A stretch of DNA of 64,000 nucleotides from Lophium mytilinum (taxonomy: Eukaryota), in NCBI GenBank assembly GCA_010093605.1, contig MU004200.1, forward strand, positions 310,001-374,000, given 5' to 3'. Under the pieces are notes generated by a model. It was given only the letters and a program-made list of their open reading frames with translations. It was not told where the DNA came from and did no database searches. Below, piece after piece: positions 24,506 through 36,432 of this stretch. Within the stretch, counting starts at the first letter, position 1; each line of letters begins with the position of its first letter. Position numbers and translations under genes: made by a program.

Positions 24506-25290
24506 TTAACGATACCCAATTTCCACAACGGCGCAGAAGTACGTAATTTCGACGGCGCTTTCGAATGCATGTCTACTTTGCAGACTCACAAGGCGACGGC
24601 ATTTACTAAGCGAAGGAGGTGCGTTTCGTTCAGCCGGATTATCTTGCACCACAACTTCTTTTCTTGTATTTTGATAGGCCTACGGCTCAGATACCACCTG
24701 TGCTTCCTTACTTTTTCACCTGGTGCGAGGAGCGCGTGGGAAAAGGACTGAGAGCGATTCATCAAGTCAACACTTATGTCAATTTGTCTTTCAAGCGGAA
24801 TGGGATACCAGCGTCTTTAAATACTGGGTAGTAGCTTTTGTTTCTTGTATCTTGCCTGCGGCATCTTCCTCATTACCTCTTTTGGAGCATGCCGTCACCA
24901 TACAACTCATATCACGCCTCCTTCCTGTCTCTGCTTACACACTTCTTCTATGTGGGTTTACAATCGGCCTGCTGCTCCAATCCGTGCTTAAGAATGTTTG
25001 CTGGAAGCGAAATTGCGGTGCCGGAGCCTTCTCACTTTGTTTTATGTGCATCGGAATTTTTCTTTATTGGTCGGTTCGGTTCGGTTCAGATGCGCATACC
25101 CCTTCGTCAAGCTGTTTTCATTGGTGTTGCATCTGCTCATTATCTCATTTGTCCGCTTGCAACCATCTCTGAGAAACAGGAAAAGCGGAGAGATGCGCGG
25201 ATGAGGTGGTGGAAGGAGAGAAAAAATATCAAAGAGTTATATCATGAAGGGTTTTCTTATATTTCGGCGGAAAAGCTTGGAGGAGTGTGC

Positions 25291-25316
25291 TGGTGGTGGT
25301 GGTGGTGGTGGTGGTG
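25291..25316 (+). repeat. (TGG)8 microsatellite downstream of the septin gene
   Basis: Directly visible. Confidence 0.9.
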
Positions 25317-25996
25317 CGGCTTGGCTGTGCCTTGTTGCTCGTCTTGCGCTGGTTGCATCGCCCGGCCGGTTCGCGGTGTGATTGATGGTGGATGGATAGG
25401 AGGATCTTTCTTTAACTTCTCGATGCTAGCGGGGCGTGCTACTTTTGCAGCTAAAGCTGTGTAGATATAGATTCAACTGCATGTTCTGCTACATTCAGGT
25501 CCTTGCTTGGTGTGCGTGAGTGAAACCTGAAGATATACCGTCTAGAAAGGCTGGAAGCACGCTGCACAGCTGTTAATCAGGAATGACGAGACACTTGTAG
25601 TCTGATACTGTCAGTGTTGCGTTGTCCTTTTCATGTCACGTGAGTTCTTGGCATTCGAGTCACTGGAGAAGGTGGGCCGTGCATACGTGAGGTCGTCTCC
25701 AGCTTTCATCGTCAGCCTTAAGACCTGCATTCAGCTGGTTGTCCTTTTCCTTCTAGAAAGATACACAACGTCCAAGGTATGGAATGCTGACTTCTTTCTC
25801 GTCTATGTCTTTGCTTTTCTGGAGTCTACATCCTTTGCTCCCTAAGTTTTGCGAGTCCCCTTCACCTTTCACAGCGCCGTTGGGTCTGAAAGTGAAGCGT
25901 CTTCAGTCATCATTTCATAAATCATCAACTCTAAGATCATTCAGGAAAAAACACACTTCTCACTTGTTATTCCGTGGCCCTTCATCCTCGCTCTCT

Positions 25997-27642
25997 ATGT
26001 CTGGAAACTTAGCGCCAGGCTTGGGAGAGCTCGCCAAACTCCCACTAGAGCTACGTTATATGATATACGAGTTCTTGGACGAGGACTTCTGTTGCCACAT
26101 CTCAGAACCCTTATCTCTCTTCCGAAGCTACCGCCATGACCCTTGTGTCCCCCTCGGGGTCTCACGCGTCAGCAAGACCATATGGGGCGAAGTCCAGCAA
26201 CTCTTCTACCAACGTACAAATCGAGATCTTCGAATTCGTATAGGCTATGACGGCTGGAAAGCAACATGCCACGCCCTGGGTTTCCGCTCTGACTGGAGCT
26301 CACCGTCTCTTGCCTCGTTCCAGCGCCTAATCCTCGAGATATCAGCACCCGCAGAAGATGATCCTGGCCAAGCTCTGCTCACCATCCGCAACATCTCCAA
26401 TTTTGTCACAGTCCTAAATGCTGCACCGAGTCTCCCTCCGACGATGATCTGCTTTGTCGATCCAACAAACAACACCACGGCTAGCTGGGAGTGCAAACAA
26501 TTCCACCGCTTTGCCTTTTTCCCCTCGTTCTTCGGCCCGCCCTTTCACACGCTTGCCTACAACGTCAGGAACCCCCTCTACTACAGTACGTAAAGTCCCG
26601 ATACGGACAAGGAGTTTCCAGCAGTCTTTTTGTTTGAAAAACTACTCGGGGAGTATTCCAAGACTACCACTGTTACGCCACTGCTTGGGGTACCCTAACA
26701 AAATTTCGAAGACTCAAGGGCGATGTCAAACTTTAAGCAGTGCAAATTAGACTGCCTCTTAACTGATTACCTGCTCAGCAGTCAGGCTACCCCAAACAGT
26801 GGTGTTGAGTAGGCAAATTAGACAGTGGTGTCTTGGAAGTCCCTAAAGGAGTGGCTTACACAGCATAAGCTGTTATCAATACCTGGTTTCTCACTCTGTG
26901 TCTGAAAGATTTGCTAACTTCATTGCCCCTTTAAGTGTCAGCCTGCGCCCTACTGCCACTCCAGCGCCCCCCATCATCCTCAGTCCATCTCCCCGAATAC
27001 CTAGGCGTCAGACAGCGCGACGACATGAACCCCCTCCTCACCCACTGGCCCCACTTTCCCAACCCAGAGTTCCCACACACCTCCACGCACTTTGGATCCC
27101 ACTCCAGCTCCGACCCGCACTTCACCACCGCCGCCGCCGCCGCCGCCGCCAAATCCCCAACCCGCCTCCACCTCCTCCTCACCATCAACGCCCTCGGCCT
27201 CAGCAAGACGCTCGACGACCTCCCCGGCCCCACAGCCGCCCGTCTGCGCGCCTCCCGCCGCCGCAACTGGCCCGCCTACGCCGCCTGGCTGGCCGGCATC
27301 CGTGCGCAGCTGCGCCAGTGCCGCCCGGGCATCGCGTTCCTCTCCACCGAGCTGGAGCCCGGCTACTCGTGGCGCGACGAGGTGGCCATGATGGACGACC
27401 GCGCGCGGCGGCGGTGCGAGGAGACGCGCGACGCCGACTGGTGGGCGGAGAAGCGGTGGCTGAGGGAGGACGAAGGGCCGAGGGGGTCTGTGGTCACGGG
27501 GGCGTGTGGGTGCGGGGGGTGTGTGGAGGAGATGGAGAGTGCCGCCGCGCGGGGGGAGGTGGTGTATACTGTTTCGGAGAAGGCGGCGGAGAGGCTGTTG
27601 AGGGGGTGGGAGAGGAGTTGGTGGAAGGAGAAGGGGGAGTGA
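25997..27642 (+). CDS. Hypothetical protein with F-box-like N-terminus (2 exons; long intron 26586-26941)
   Basis: MSGNLAPGLGELAKLPLELRYMIYE... The phase-1 donor GTACGT at 26586, branch GCTAAC at ~26913 and acceptor at 26935 or 26941 join the two ORFs in frame. Exon 2 has LDDLPGPTAARLR, a motif seen in fungal hypothetical proteins. Confidence 0.65.
26586..26941 (+). other. Long fold-back spliceosomal intron A (~350-356 nt)
   Basis: GT...GCTAAC...AG; nested inverted repeats 26656-26673/26822-26838 and 26675-26696/26784-26805. Confidence 0.7.
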
Positions 27643-27939
27643 GGTTGCACGTATGTGCATAGCGCTAGGGATGGAAGTCTGTGTGCCTTTGCTTAGGCGG
27701 CCCTTTGTTGCATGAATCTATTAGGAGTTCAGATATAACGGAAGCTTCAAGCCAATACTGATCAAGGCGGGTTCCAAACCCTTTCAAACTGACGTATTCT
27801 ACTATCTCGCCTAGGGTGACACAGTGTTGTGTCAGAATCGCGGAAGTACGGTTGGATCTAATAGCAAAATCACATGCACATATTCAGGCCGTAGTCATAT
27901 ACGCGTGGTCGCACGAAGGTGCTGGCATCTCCACTGCGT

Positions 27940-28310
27940 GCCCTCCATATCCAAGCAGAAAGTCCCACGTGATTGGATCCGGGACTCCTTCTTGAATTGA
28001 ATGATATGCCGACAGCGCGTTCCCCTCAACATATGGCGCAACGTCTGAAGAATATCTGAATGACGCGGTTCTATATGTAACTCTTTCTCCTTAAACTCGA
28101 CCGATACAACACCACGTCCCCCCTCAACCTCTGCCTCCGTGCCTGAGGAGTATTCGATTCATGTGGTTCGATATGTGATTATATCTTCTTAAAGTGACCG
28201 ATACAACCACGGCACGGGGCCCCTCGGCGTCATATCCAGCACCCAACTAAAAATGATATTCACGCGATTCGATCTGTTACTCTCTCTTCTTAAGCGACCG
28301 ATGGTCTACG
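27940..28310. repeat. Degenerate ~100-bp tandem repeat, 3-4 copies
   Basis: Recurring core ACGCGGTTCTATATGTAACTCT..CTTAAA..GACCGAT / ATGTGGTTCGATATGTGATT..CTTAAAGTGACCGAT / ACGCGATTCGATCTGTTACTCT..CTTAAGCGACCGAT. Confidence 0.65.
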
Positions 28311-28852
28311 GAAACGCCCTGGCATCCCTCGAGTCCGCCCGGGGCCCGGCGTCCACCTCCGGCGAACTAAACTGGCAAGTCTTGGCTGCCGAAGATGACC
28401 CTGAGGTGTTGATCACAGATGAACCCAATTTCGCCTCCATTCGAGACTCCGACCACGTTTTCGCACATAACTCCACAACCACAACTCGCAGTACAGAAAG
28501 AAAACCGGGTGCGCATGCGCCCCAGTCAGGATAACAGTTGGTGAGAATTTTGAGAATTGATTGCGTTGTTTCGTTGAAAAGGGGTGGGGTCGGCAAGGTG
28601 GGTGGGAAAAAAGTCGGCTCTGGCTACCAAAGACCGGCCGTGCGTGGCGTTTGAAGGACTCGAGGATACGTATAGTAAACAGGAACATATCTGATAGCCA
28701 CTCTTGGTCTCAAGATCATGAGTGCATTGCAAAAATTGCAAGTGGATATCATAAACAGAGAGCCTATCCACACCTACCCAAACAAAGCCTGATCAACCCA
28801 GTACGCCATCCAACGCTATGCTCCGACCACCTATGCAAAACGATCTACATGC

Positions 28853-31800
28853 TCACCACTCCAACGCTCCTCCTCCTCTGATAAAACTCTCCTCTCCATC
28901 CTTCTCCAGCAAGCCCACCACGCTCCCGACCCCGTCTCTCACCCTATCCGCCCTCGCCTTCTCTCTCAACCGCGTGTAAAACACCGGGCAATCCCGACTG
29001 TCACACCGCACCTCCTCTCCAAAGGACAGGCCCGCACAGCTCCGGCACACGTCCTCCACGCTCTGAACCCGCGTCTCCGCCCGATTAAGCCGCATCCTCA
29101 GCGCCAGCAGCGTCTGCGCCGGCTTAGCCTTACACGCCTCACACAGCGGCAGGAGCAACACGGGGCTCGGCTCTTCAGCGTGGTGCTGTTGCTGCGGAGG
29201 CAGAGGTGAGAGCTTCGTCCGACAGACCAAACACGCCGAGCTCTTCATATAATTCTCCAGCGTCTTCCGCATCCCCGCCGCACCGCCGCCCTGCGCATCC
29301 TCGTTCGCACCCACCACCACGCCCACGCTCCTGATCCGCTGCACCTTCGGCATCTCCTCATACCACAGCCGCACGTTCGCGCCGACCAGGTTGAAGATGC
29401 GCTCGAGCGGTGGGATCAGGTTCTTGGAGATGTAGTACTCAGCATCGAGCTCGAGCGCGTCGTCCGCAAGCAGCGCCTCGGGCGCAACACAGCGGTCGAT
29501 CAGCCGGGCCTGCGGCGCGCCCGTAACAACGACGTAGGGCACGCGCTCGCCGTACTGCGGCTCCAGGCGGGGGTCGGCGAGCATGCGCTTGGTGGCGATG
29601 AGCGCGCCGGGGGGCGGCGGGCCTTTGTCGCTGTACGTCCCCAGCTTGACCTCTTTGGCGAAGAGGAAGTCCTGGATGCTGACGCTGCCCGTCATGATCT
29701 TCGCACACTGGGATTGGAAGTATGACTTCACGGCGCTGAGGTCGGCGCTGCGGAAGAGGATCTTGAGGGCCTTCTCTTCGATTTTCTGCTCGGCGGGCGT
29801 GCCGTCGCGGCGGACGGTTTCGATGCCTTTGGCGTCGAAGTCGGGGGTGGTCTGCGTGCGAGACTCGTATTTGAAGCCGACGTAGCGCTTTTTGGCGAGG
29901 AGGACGCATGGGTGGTAGACTTTCTCGAATTTGAGCTTGACGGGCCGCGGGTTGGCGTTGGTGACGGCTTCTGCGATCTCCTCGCCGATGGCGAAGGCTT
30001 GGTCTCTTGTGCGCCCCTTGAGGTACACGAAGAGGGAGTCGGTGTCCCCATAGACTACCTCTGCGCCCCACCGGTCGACGGAGTGGATGAGCGCGATGGC
30101 CTTCTCGAGAATCTCGCGGCCGGTTTGCACGATGCTGTCGGCGATTTCGGAGCAGGGCATACGGCCGGAAAAAGAGGCGGAAGTGTAGCCGTAAGTGACA
30201 TTGGCGATAAGCTTTAGGGCTAATTGTCTGTTGTTCAGGAGCTGCTGTAGGGATTTGTCGCCCTTGTCTGCCTTCATGCCGCTCTTGACCATGACGCGCG
30301 TTTCTAGGATCTCGCCCAGCATCTTTGCAAGGAGTGATTTGCGCATCTCAGGCTTGACGTACATCATTCCATTCGGTGCTATGTTGATGTAGTCTTTGAT
30401 GAGTTCGAGCAGTCGAGGCTCGCGTTGGAAGTCCGCAAATCCCATTTTGTTTTGACCGCGCCAGCTGACAACCCGTCCTAAACAAGTCGAGTAGCAATAG
30501 TTATATGCGATCATAACACTAGGATAGAGTGACTGGAAATCAAGTACCAAGAGCGGGCTTGTGTAGAACGCGCTTTGAGGCTCCATGACTAATGGAAGAC
30601 ACTCCAAGGCATTCTGCTGGCCAACTTGCTTTCGACTCGGGGAAACGAGAATGAAGCTTTCGGGTTTGGCAATCCGGAACATGAGCGACTCGACCTTGAA
30701 TTGCGATCCGCGGGAGAAGACCGAGAAAAAGTCAACACCCAAGAGACGTGCTTGCTCGCTAGTTCGTGAGACAAGCTCATTGACTTCTAGTATTTCTAGA
30801 TTTAGCTGTACCCGAGATAAGAAGTAATCCAGAATTTTGGCCAAATCCCGAGGCCTGGAGCTTCTATACCATGATGTGAGGTCCCGGAAGGAGTAATGCG
30901 GTATTCGCTTGTGTAGAAGATGGAAGACGACGTTCTCCATAGTGTACTGGAGCAAGTTGAGCTCGCCGCGCATGGCTCTCCAAATGTTAATCATATGTCG
31001 GCCTGTGACCTTGATGGTCGAAGTATGAGTAAAGCCCCAGCGATCCGCGTCTTTACCAAATCGCCCATGAGACTGCGATTTCATCCGAGAGAACTCATCG
31101 CAGAGATCATACTCGTACTTCAGCCTTGCACGTTCTATCAAGTAGCCCCAGGAGCCATTGTGAACTTCGTAGCCGGTAAGGATGTCGGGATCGAACTCGC
31201 GGACGATATCAACCAATTTGTTGATAAGATCGAGTTCGTCTTCCTCGTATTCAACTTCCACAGAGACCTGCTTAGCTATCCGTTTCGCGATGCCATCCTC
31301 GTCAGATAGCGTGACGATACCAATGCGATCTCTGTTGTCGCCGGCATTGTCATCTGCATCAATGCACCAGAAAACGCACGAGATTTCATCCTCGTTTGGG
31401 TCTGGCGCCAAGGTGCCTCGATTGTTTACGTGGACTTCAAGGCTCATAATGCTCATGTATTGAGTCTCATGTTTGACACTTGCAGACTTCTTCTTCTGTG
31501 AGTACTTGAAGCCACCTTTGTTCTTCTGGGTAGGGCCCTCGATTTGTGAGAGCTTTTTAGAGGGACTCTTCACATCTGTGACTCTGTTTGCAGGGCTGCC
31601 TTTTGTGGAAGGTACTCGATCTTTCTTTTCCTGTTGAAGCCATGCTCCTACTTCTACCACCGATGGCGGGGCTGTGGCGAGTTCCCAGTTGCGTAATTTA
31701 CAGAATTTAGCCCTAGCCCGGCTGTCTTGCTCCTCTTTAGTTCTGTTCAGGACAATGGCAGGTTTCTCCCCGAAATTTGAGAGCGCGGTTCCAGTAGGAT

Positions 31801-33990
31801 CGAAAGCTGGTAGATAGGGTATAGTGGTGCTTTCTAATTTGAACTCACGACCTGCATACTCCCGAGACCGATCTGGCACGTCATTTTCATCGCTGTAAAA
31901 GGCATCTTGGTAGATGACTGATGGCATTCCATATTCTGACATCGTTGATAAAATTACGTCAGCAACAGGAGGTAGTCCGCCATAGTACAGCACGCGCGAC
32001 GACTTGCGGCAGTAACAAGATGTCCCCAACTGCGCAGCTAGGGTTGCCATCTCCGATGGTGGCAGCTTGCGATTCGTGGTGGTAACGGTCGATGGCGTCC
32101 TCTGGTGGCTCCATGGCGTTCGAGGCGAGTCTTCAGAAGAATTTGGCAGTGCTAACTTGGCCGCGGCAGTTCTCTTGGGTGTTTTCTGGGTATTTGAGTA
32201 TCCTTCTTGGCTTAGTCTCAAAAGGGTCCCTGAATCATGAGGGTTCTTGACGACAGGAAATGAAAGAGTCTTAGGGGTGGTGCCGCCTAGAGCCTTAATA
32301 CTCCCTTGCGACGACTGTGGCCCCCCTTCCTCGACACTCTTTTGGGAAGTTGAAACAGGCATGTCCGAGTTTCTGTTTTCACCTAGAGCATCTTGGAAAG
32401 TAACACGTCGGGTGGATCCAGTTCTGATAGCCACACCTCCTGATAACAAGTGGGCACTTTTGAGAGGGGTCTCTGGGGAGATTTTGAGCCTCTTATTTGG
32501 ATGTGTCGATGCGGGAGGCGATTCCCGCTTTTTACTCGACTCGTGAGAGCTGTCCGAGCGAAGCGCTGTATGAGCTCCGCTGGAAGTGACTGGATATAGG
32601 TCGCTATTGGCACTTGTCTCAGCCTCAGCACTTCCTTCATCTTCTAGGTCATCCTGCTCTTTATCATCAATATCATTTACTTCGTCGGCAGCTTTGAGAG
32701 AATCGTCTATTCCTCCAAGCTCAGGCTTTCTCTGGCCAAAGGCCGCTTCTGCTGCAATATCATCATTGACAAGATCATCAATGTCCTCAACAATTTCTTC
32801 GGGAAGATTGACGGCCCTCTGAAGGTTTTCAGGGAACAGATCTTCCACGCTTTCGATTGCTGTCTGAACAAGATCTTCTAGTCGCACAGGCTTCACGAAC
32901 TTGTCGAAGCTCATGTCCGCATCCGGTTTCTGCTCTTTTTCTCCGTGGATCAGTTCTTGAATCATTTCGTTGAACTCCTCCTCATGTATCCATCCGCCCT
33001 TGTCGGTGTTTCGAGGATCTGCGGAAACGGATACCAAGACCTCTGGTGGGAAAGGAGTACCCGAAGACTCGCTGAGTCCCATGCGCAATCTTCGACGGCG
33101 GGTTTCATCACGCCATAAACCAGCCATGGAGTGTACGAGCTTCTCATCAGGTTGCAAATGACGAAAACGCTCGATGAAGTCATGATGCTGCGGACGAGGT
33201 TCAATGTCTTTCCGGTTCAAGATATCCTGGACACAGATATCGACCTCAATTGAACAATGGCTTTGCCGCGGAAATCTGTCTTGGTCGGAGAAGAGGTGGC
33301 CAGGAATCGATTTGTCATGCCATTTGTGTCCCGAAGCTGTCGAATCTGAACAATCCGGGACAGGGCTGCGGAAAGTGACCTTTGAACAGTCGATATATGC
33401 ACATCCGTAAAGGTTGTAATCGCACATCCATTGGAGAAGATACTGCATGTGACTTTCGTGTGGCTGCAGAACCCTGTTCATGATAGCCCCTTGGTACAAC
33501 AGGTCCGCGAATCGCGTCATATGCATTGGATTGAGCATGTAAACCTTCAGATAGAACTTGTAGCCAACGTGATAGCCAAAGAACGGTACCCCCTTTACGA
33601 GGGTAATATGACCCACGTAAACTGAGCGTCCATCATACGCATTCCGGCGGTAGCTGACAGCAAGAGCATGATCAATCGAGTCACGGAGGGTATGGATATA
33701 TTCATTAACTACTTCAATTAGCACTTGAGAATCTATGCAATTAATTTACACTTACCGGCATCGTGTTCCAGATTGCCGTCGTATTGTAGGTAGAGGTATG
33801 GTAGGGCACCATGGATATGCGCGCAGACCTTTTGGCCAGTCTCTGTTGCGCCAAAAGCCCTGATTACGGGGACTTGGGGGCCATTCTGGCGCTGGGAAAG
33901 ACCTGTTCCGCGACGAAGTACAGGATCAAGCTCCGTTGGAGCAGACTGATAGTGGTCTATGCAATTGAGGCGGAAGCGGAAGGTGTCCAT
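28853..33990 (-). CDS. REV3: DNA polymerase zeta catalytic subunit (intron 33709-33755)
   Basis: Family-B motifs LDFQSLYPS, KLIANVTYGY and YGDTDS; C-terminal CysA/CysB; N-terminal FGATETGQKVCAHIHG. Confidence 0.97.
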
Positions 33991-34342
33991 TGATGGCCCG
34001 GCCGGTGGGGTGGAATTCGATGCTAGAAGTGATCCTCATGGTGATGATAAAGATACTATAAGCAACTGAGCCCCACAGCAGCGCCTGCTAAGCGTTGTCG
34101 CATTCACGGCGCGTCGTAGTGAATGATGAAAACAGAGCGTGGCGGGGAAGACGCGCCGGCCAGCCAAATCAGCCCTATGAAACTAGGCTAGCACCGAGTC
34201 TTCTCCGATCCATCCTTGCCTTTACTTAACCTCCACACCTCACTCTGCACCACTACTACTACCTTCGACAACACCACCTGCGACCAGGTCCCGAGACAGA
34301 CCACCGTGCTCTATCAGTCCCCGTCGCTAGAAAATCCCAACC

Positions 34343-35773
34343 ATGCCGCCTCCAGGCCCGCCGAAGAAGCCGGATGTATCTGCGGCCAACAAGGAGCGCA
34401 ACGAATACATCCCGTCCTTCATCTCGAAGAAGCCCTTTTATGTCGACGACGCCAGCGAGCCAACCAGCGATTACCTCGAGCATCAACGTCTACAGAAGCA
34501 GGAGCAGGACTCGAAATGGTACGACAGAGGTCGCAAACTACGTCCTGCGGCGACTAAGTTCCGCAAAGGCGCATGCGAGAACTGCGGCGCAATGACACAC
34601 AAGGCTAAGGACTGTCTAAGCCGGCCCCGGAAGCAAGGTGCTAAGTGGACTGGGAAGAATATCCAAGCAGATGAGATTGTGCAGGACGTGCAATTGGGGT
34701 GGGACGCTAAACGAGATCGATGGAATGGATACGACGCTGCGGAGTATAAAGCTGTGGTGGAAGAGTATAATGAGCTGGAAGATATGAAGAAACAGGTCAA
34801 GGCCGGCACAGATAGAGAGGGTCCGGACGACGAAGGCGAGGACGACGAGGGCGCAAAGTACGAGGCAGAGACCGATATGGGCAGGAAGCAAGCCACGTCG
34901 ACTCGAAATCTGCGGTTACGGGAAGACACTGCGAAGTATCTCCTCAACCTGGATCTTGACTCGGCCAAATACGACCCCAAAACGCGATCGATGATAGACA
35001 GTGGCGCCACGGCTGATCAAGCAGCGGCATTGGTCGCAGAGGAAGGTTTCATGAAGGCGTCTGGGGATGCGGCGGAGTTTGAAAAGGCATCGCGCTACGC
35101 ATGGGAAACTCAAGAACGGGGAGACAAGAACAAACTTCATCTGCAGGCCAATCCTACGTCCGGCGAGTACTTCCGCAAGAAGGAAGAACAAGCAGCAGAA
35201 GCACGACGACTGGCTCATCAAAAGGCGATACTGGACAAGTACGGCGGGCAGGAGCATCTACTAAATGCGCCTAAAGGGGCTGCGGTTGTGGAGAATGAAC
35301 GTTATGTCGAATACGACGAGCGGGGGCGAATCAAAGGGGCACCCATCGTCAAGGCGAAATCAAAATATCCAGAAGACGTTCTCATCAACAATCACACATC
35401 AGTCTGGGGCAGCTGGTGGTCAAACTTCAAGTGGGGCTATGCATGCTGTCATTCCATTGTCAAGAATAGCTATTGCACTGGCGAGGATGGCAAGAAAGCA
35501 TTTCAGGAGACTACCCGGCTACGGACTGGAACAGACTTGGACGAGGTCCCAAAAGCAGTTGCCTGGAAGGAGGAAGAAGCTAGAGAGGAGCATGTTCCGA
35601 ATGCTGTCGGCGACGACCGGAAAGCTAGGGCTGATACTGGTACCAGGAAGCGGACGTTGGAGGAGATGAAGGGCGGCATCACAGAGGAGGATATGGAAGA
35701 GTACAGACGGAAACGAGTAACGGCTGATGATCCTATGGCGGCGTACTTGAGCAAGGGTGGTGAAGTTCACTGA
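34343..35773 (+). CDS. SLU7: Pre-mRNA splicing factor Slu7
   Basis: [14 protein letters not shown], zinc knuckle [45 protein letters not shown]. Confidence 0.97.
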   Translation: MPPPGPPKKPDVSAANKERNEYIPSFISKKPFYVDDASEPTSDYLEHQRLQKQEQDSKWYDRGRKLRPAATKFRKGACENCGAMTHKAKDCLSRPRKQGAKWTGKNIQADEIVQDVQLGWDAKRDRWNGYDAAEYKAVVEEYNELEDMKKQVKAGTDREGPDDEGEDDEGAKYEAETDMGRKQATSTRNLRLREDTAKYLLNLDLDSAKYDPKTRSMIDSGATADQAAALVAEEGFMKASGDAAEFEKASRYAWETQERGDKNKLHLQANPTSGEYFRKKEEQAAEARRLAHQKAILDKYGGQEHLLNAPKGAAVVENERYVEYDERGRIKGAPIVKAKSKYPEDVLINNHTSVWGSWWSNFKWGYACCHSIVKNSYCTGEDGKKAFQETTRLRTGTDLDEVPKAVAWKEEEAREEHVPNAVGDDRKARADTGTRKRTLEEMKGGITEEDMEEYRRKRVTADDPMAAYLSKGGEVH

Positions 35774-36432
35774 TTCGACAGGTCAAACTGCATTTACAAG
35801 GCGTTTGGGGTGAAAGCATTTTCAGGCGTTGATATCGTATATACCTGCACCGGATACTGCATAGCAAATGAAGCACTTCTCCTTTTGACCAGAACGCATC
35901 GAAACCCCTCAAGCGGCGTCAAGACTGTGTACCGAATTGACAACACATCAATGGCAAGGCGTCCTCAGGCACACATGACGGCATGAACTCTGCTGTATCG
36001 TGGGTGGGTGAAGACATGGGGGTGTTGCCAGCGCAAAGTCGCACATGCATAGCAGCCTCCCACGTAGCACCACCCGGCCCAATGGCGAAACAGCGGGGAG
36101 AACTGCGAGAGAGGCGTCCCCGGACTTGCAGAGTGCATGGCATACGAGCAGTCCGTGAACTGCGCAGTTGGTGTCGTGGCGGCGTTCGTCATCAACAGGG
36201 CTGAAGAATAGAATACGCAGCTCTGCTTGGCGTGGCCCGACTGGAGGCGTAACCTTGCAATGCAGGTGAGCTTCCCACTGCTCCGACATCAACGCCCCAG
36301 CTCCCCACGCACCCCAGCCTGCTCCCCTCTACTCTCTTAATAGTCTACACTACTGCTGGAAGCTTGCTTGACTTATTGAATCTACTTTGAAACCCCCCGC
36401 AAGCTCGTGAGCCACCGGCTTCTCCGCCAGCC

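Noticed and set aside
24838..25464. 208-aa ORF with a poly-Trp run
   Set aside because: Non-ATG start; the poly-W comes from a (TGG)n microsatellite in the probable 3' UTR.
26692..26699. ACCCTAAC as a telomerase-RNA template within structured intron A
   Set aside because: Only 8 nt, and the region is far shorter than filamentous-fungal telomerase RNAs; no pseudoknot context seen.
27001..27660. Long antisense or alternate-frame ORFs here and over REV3, SLA2 and HOM2 3' parts
   Set aside because: Shadow ORFs caused by locally high GC and skew depleting stop codons.
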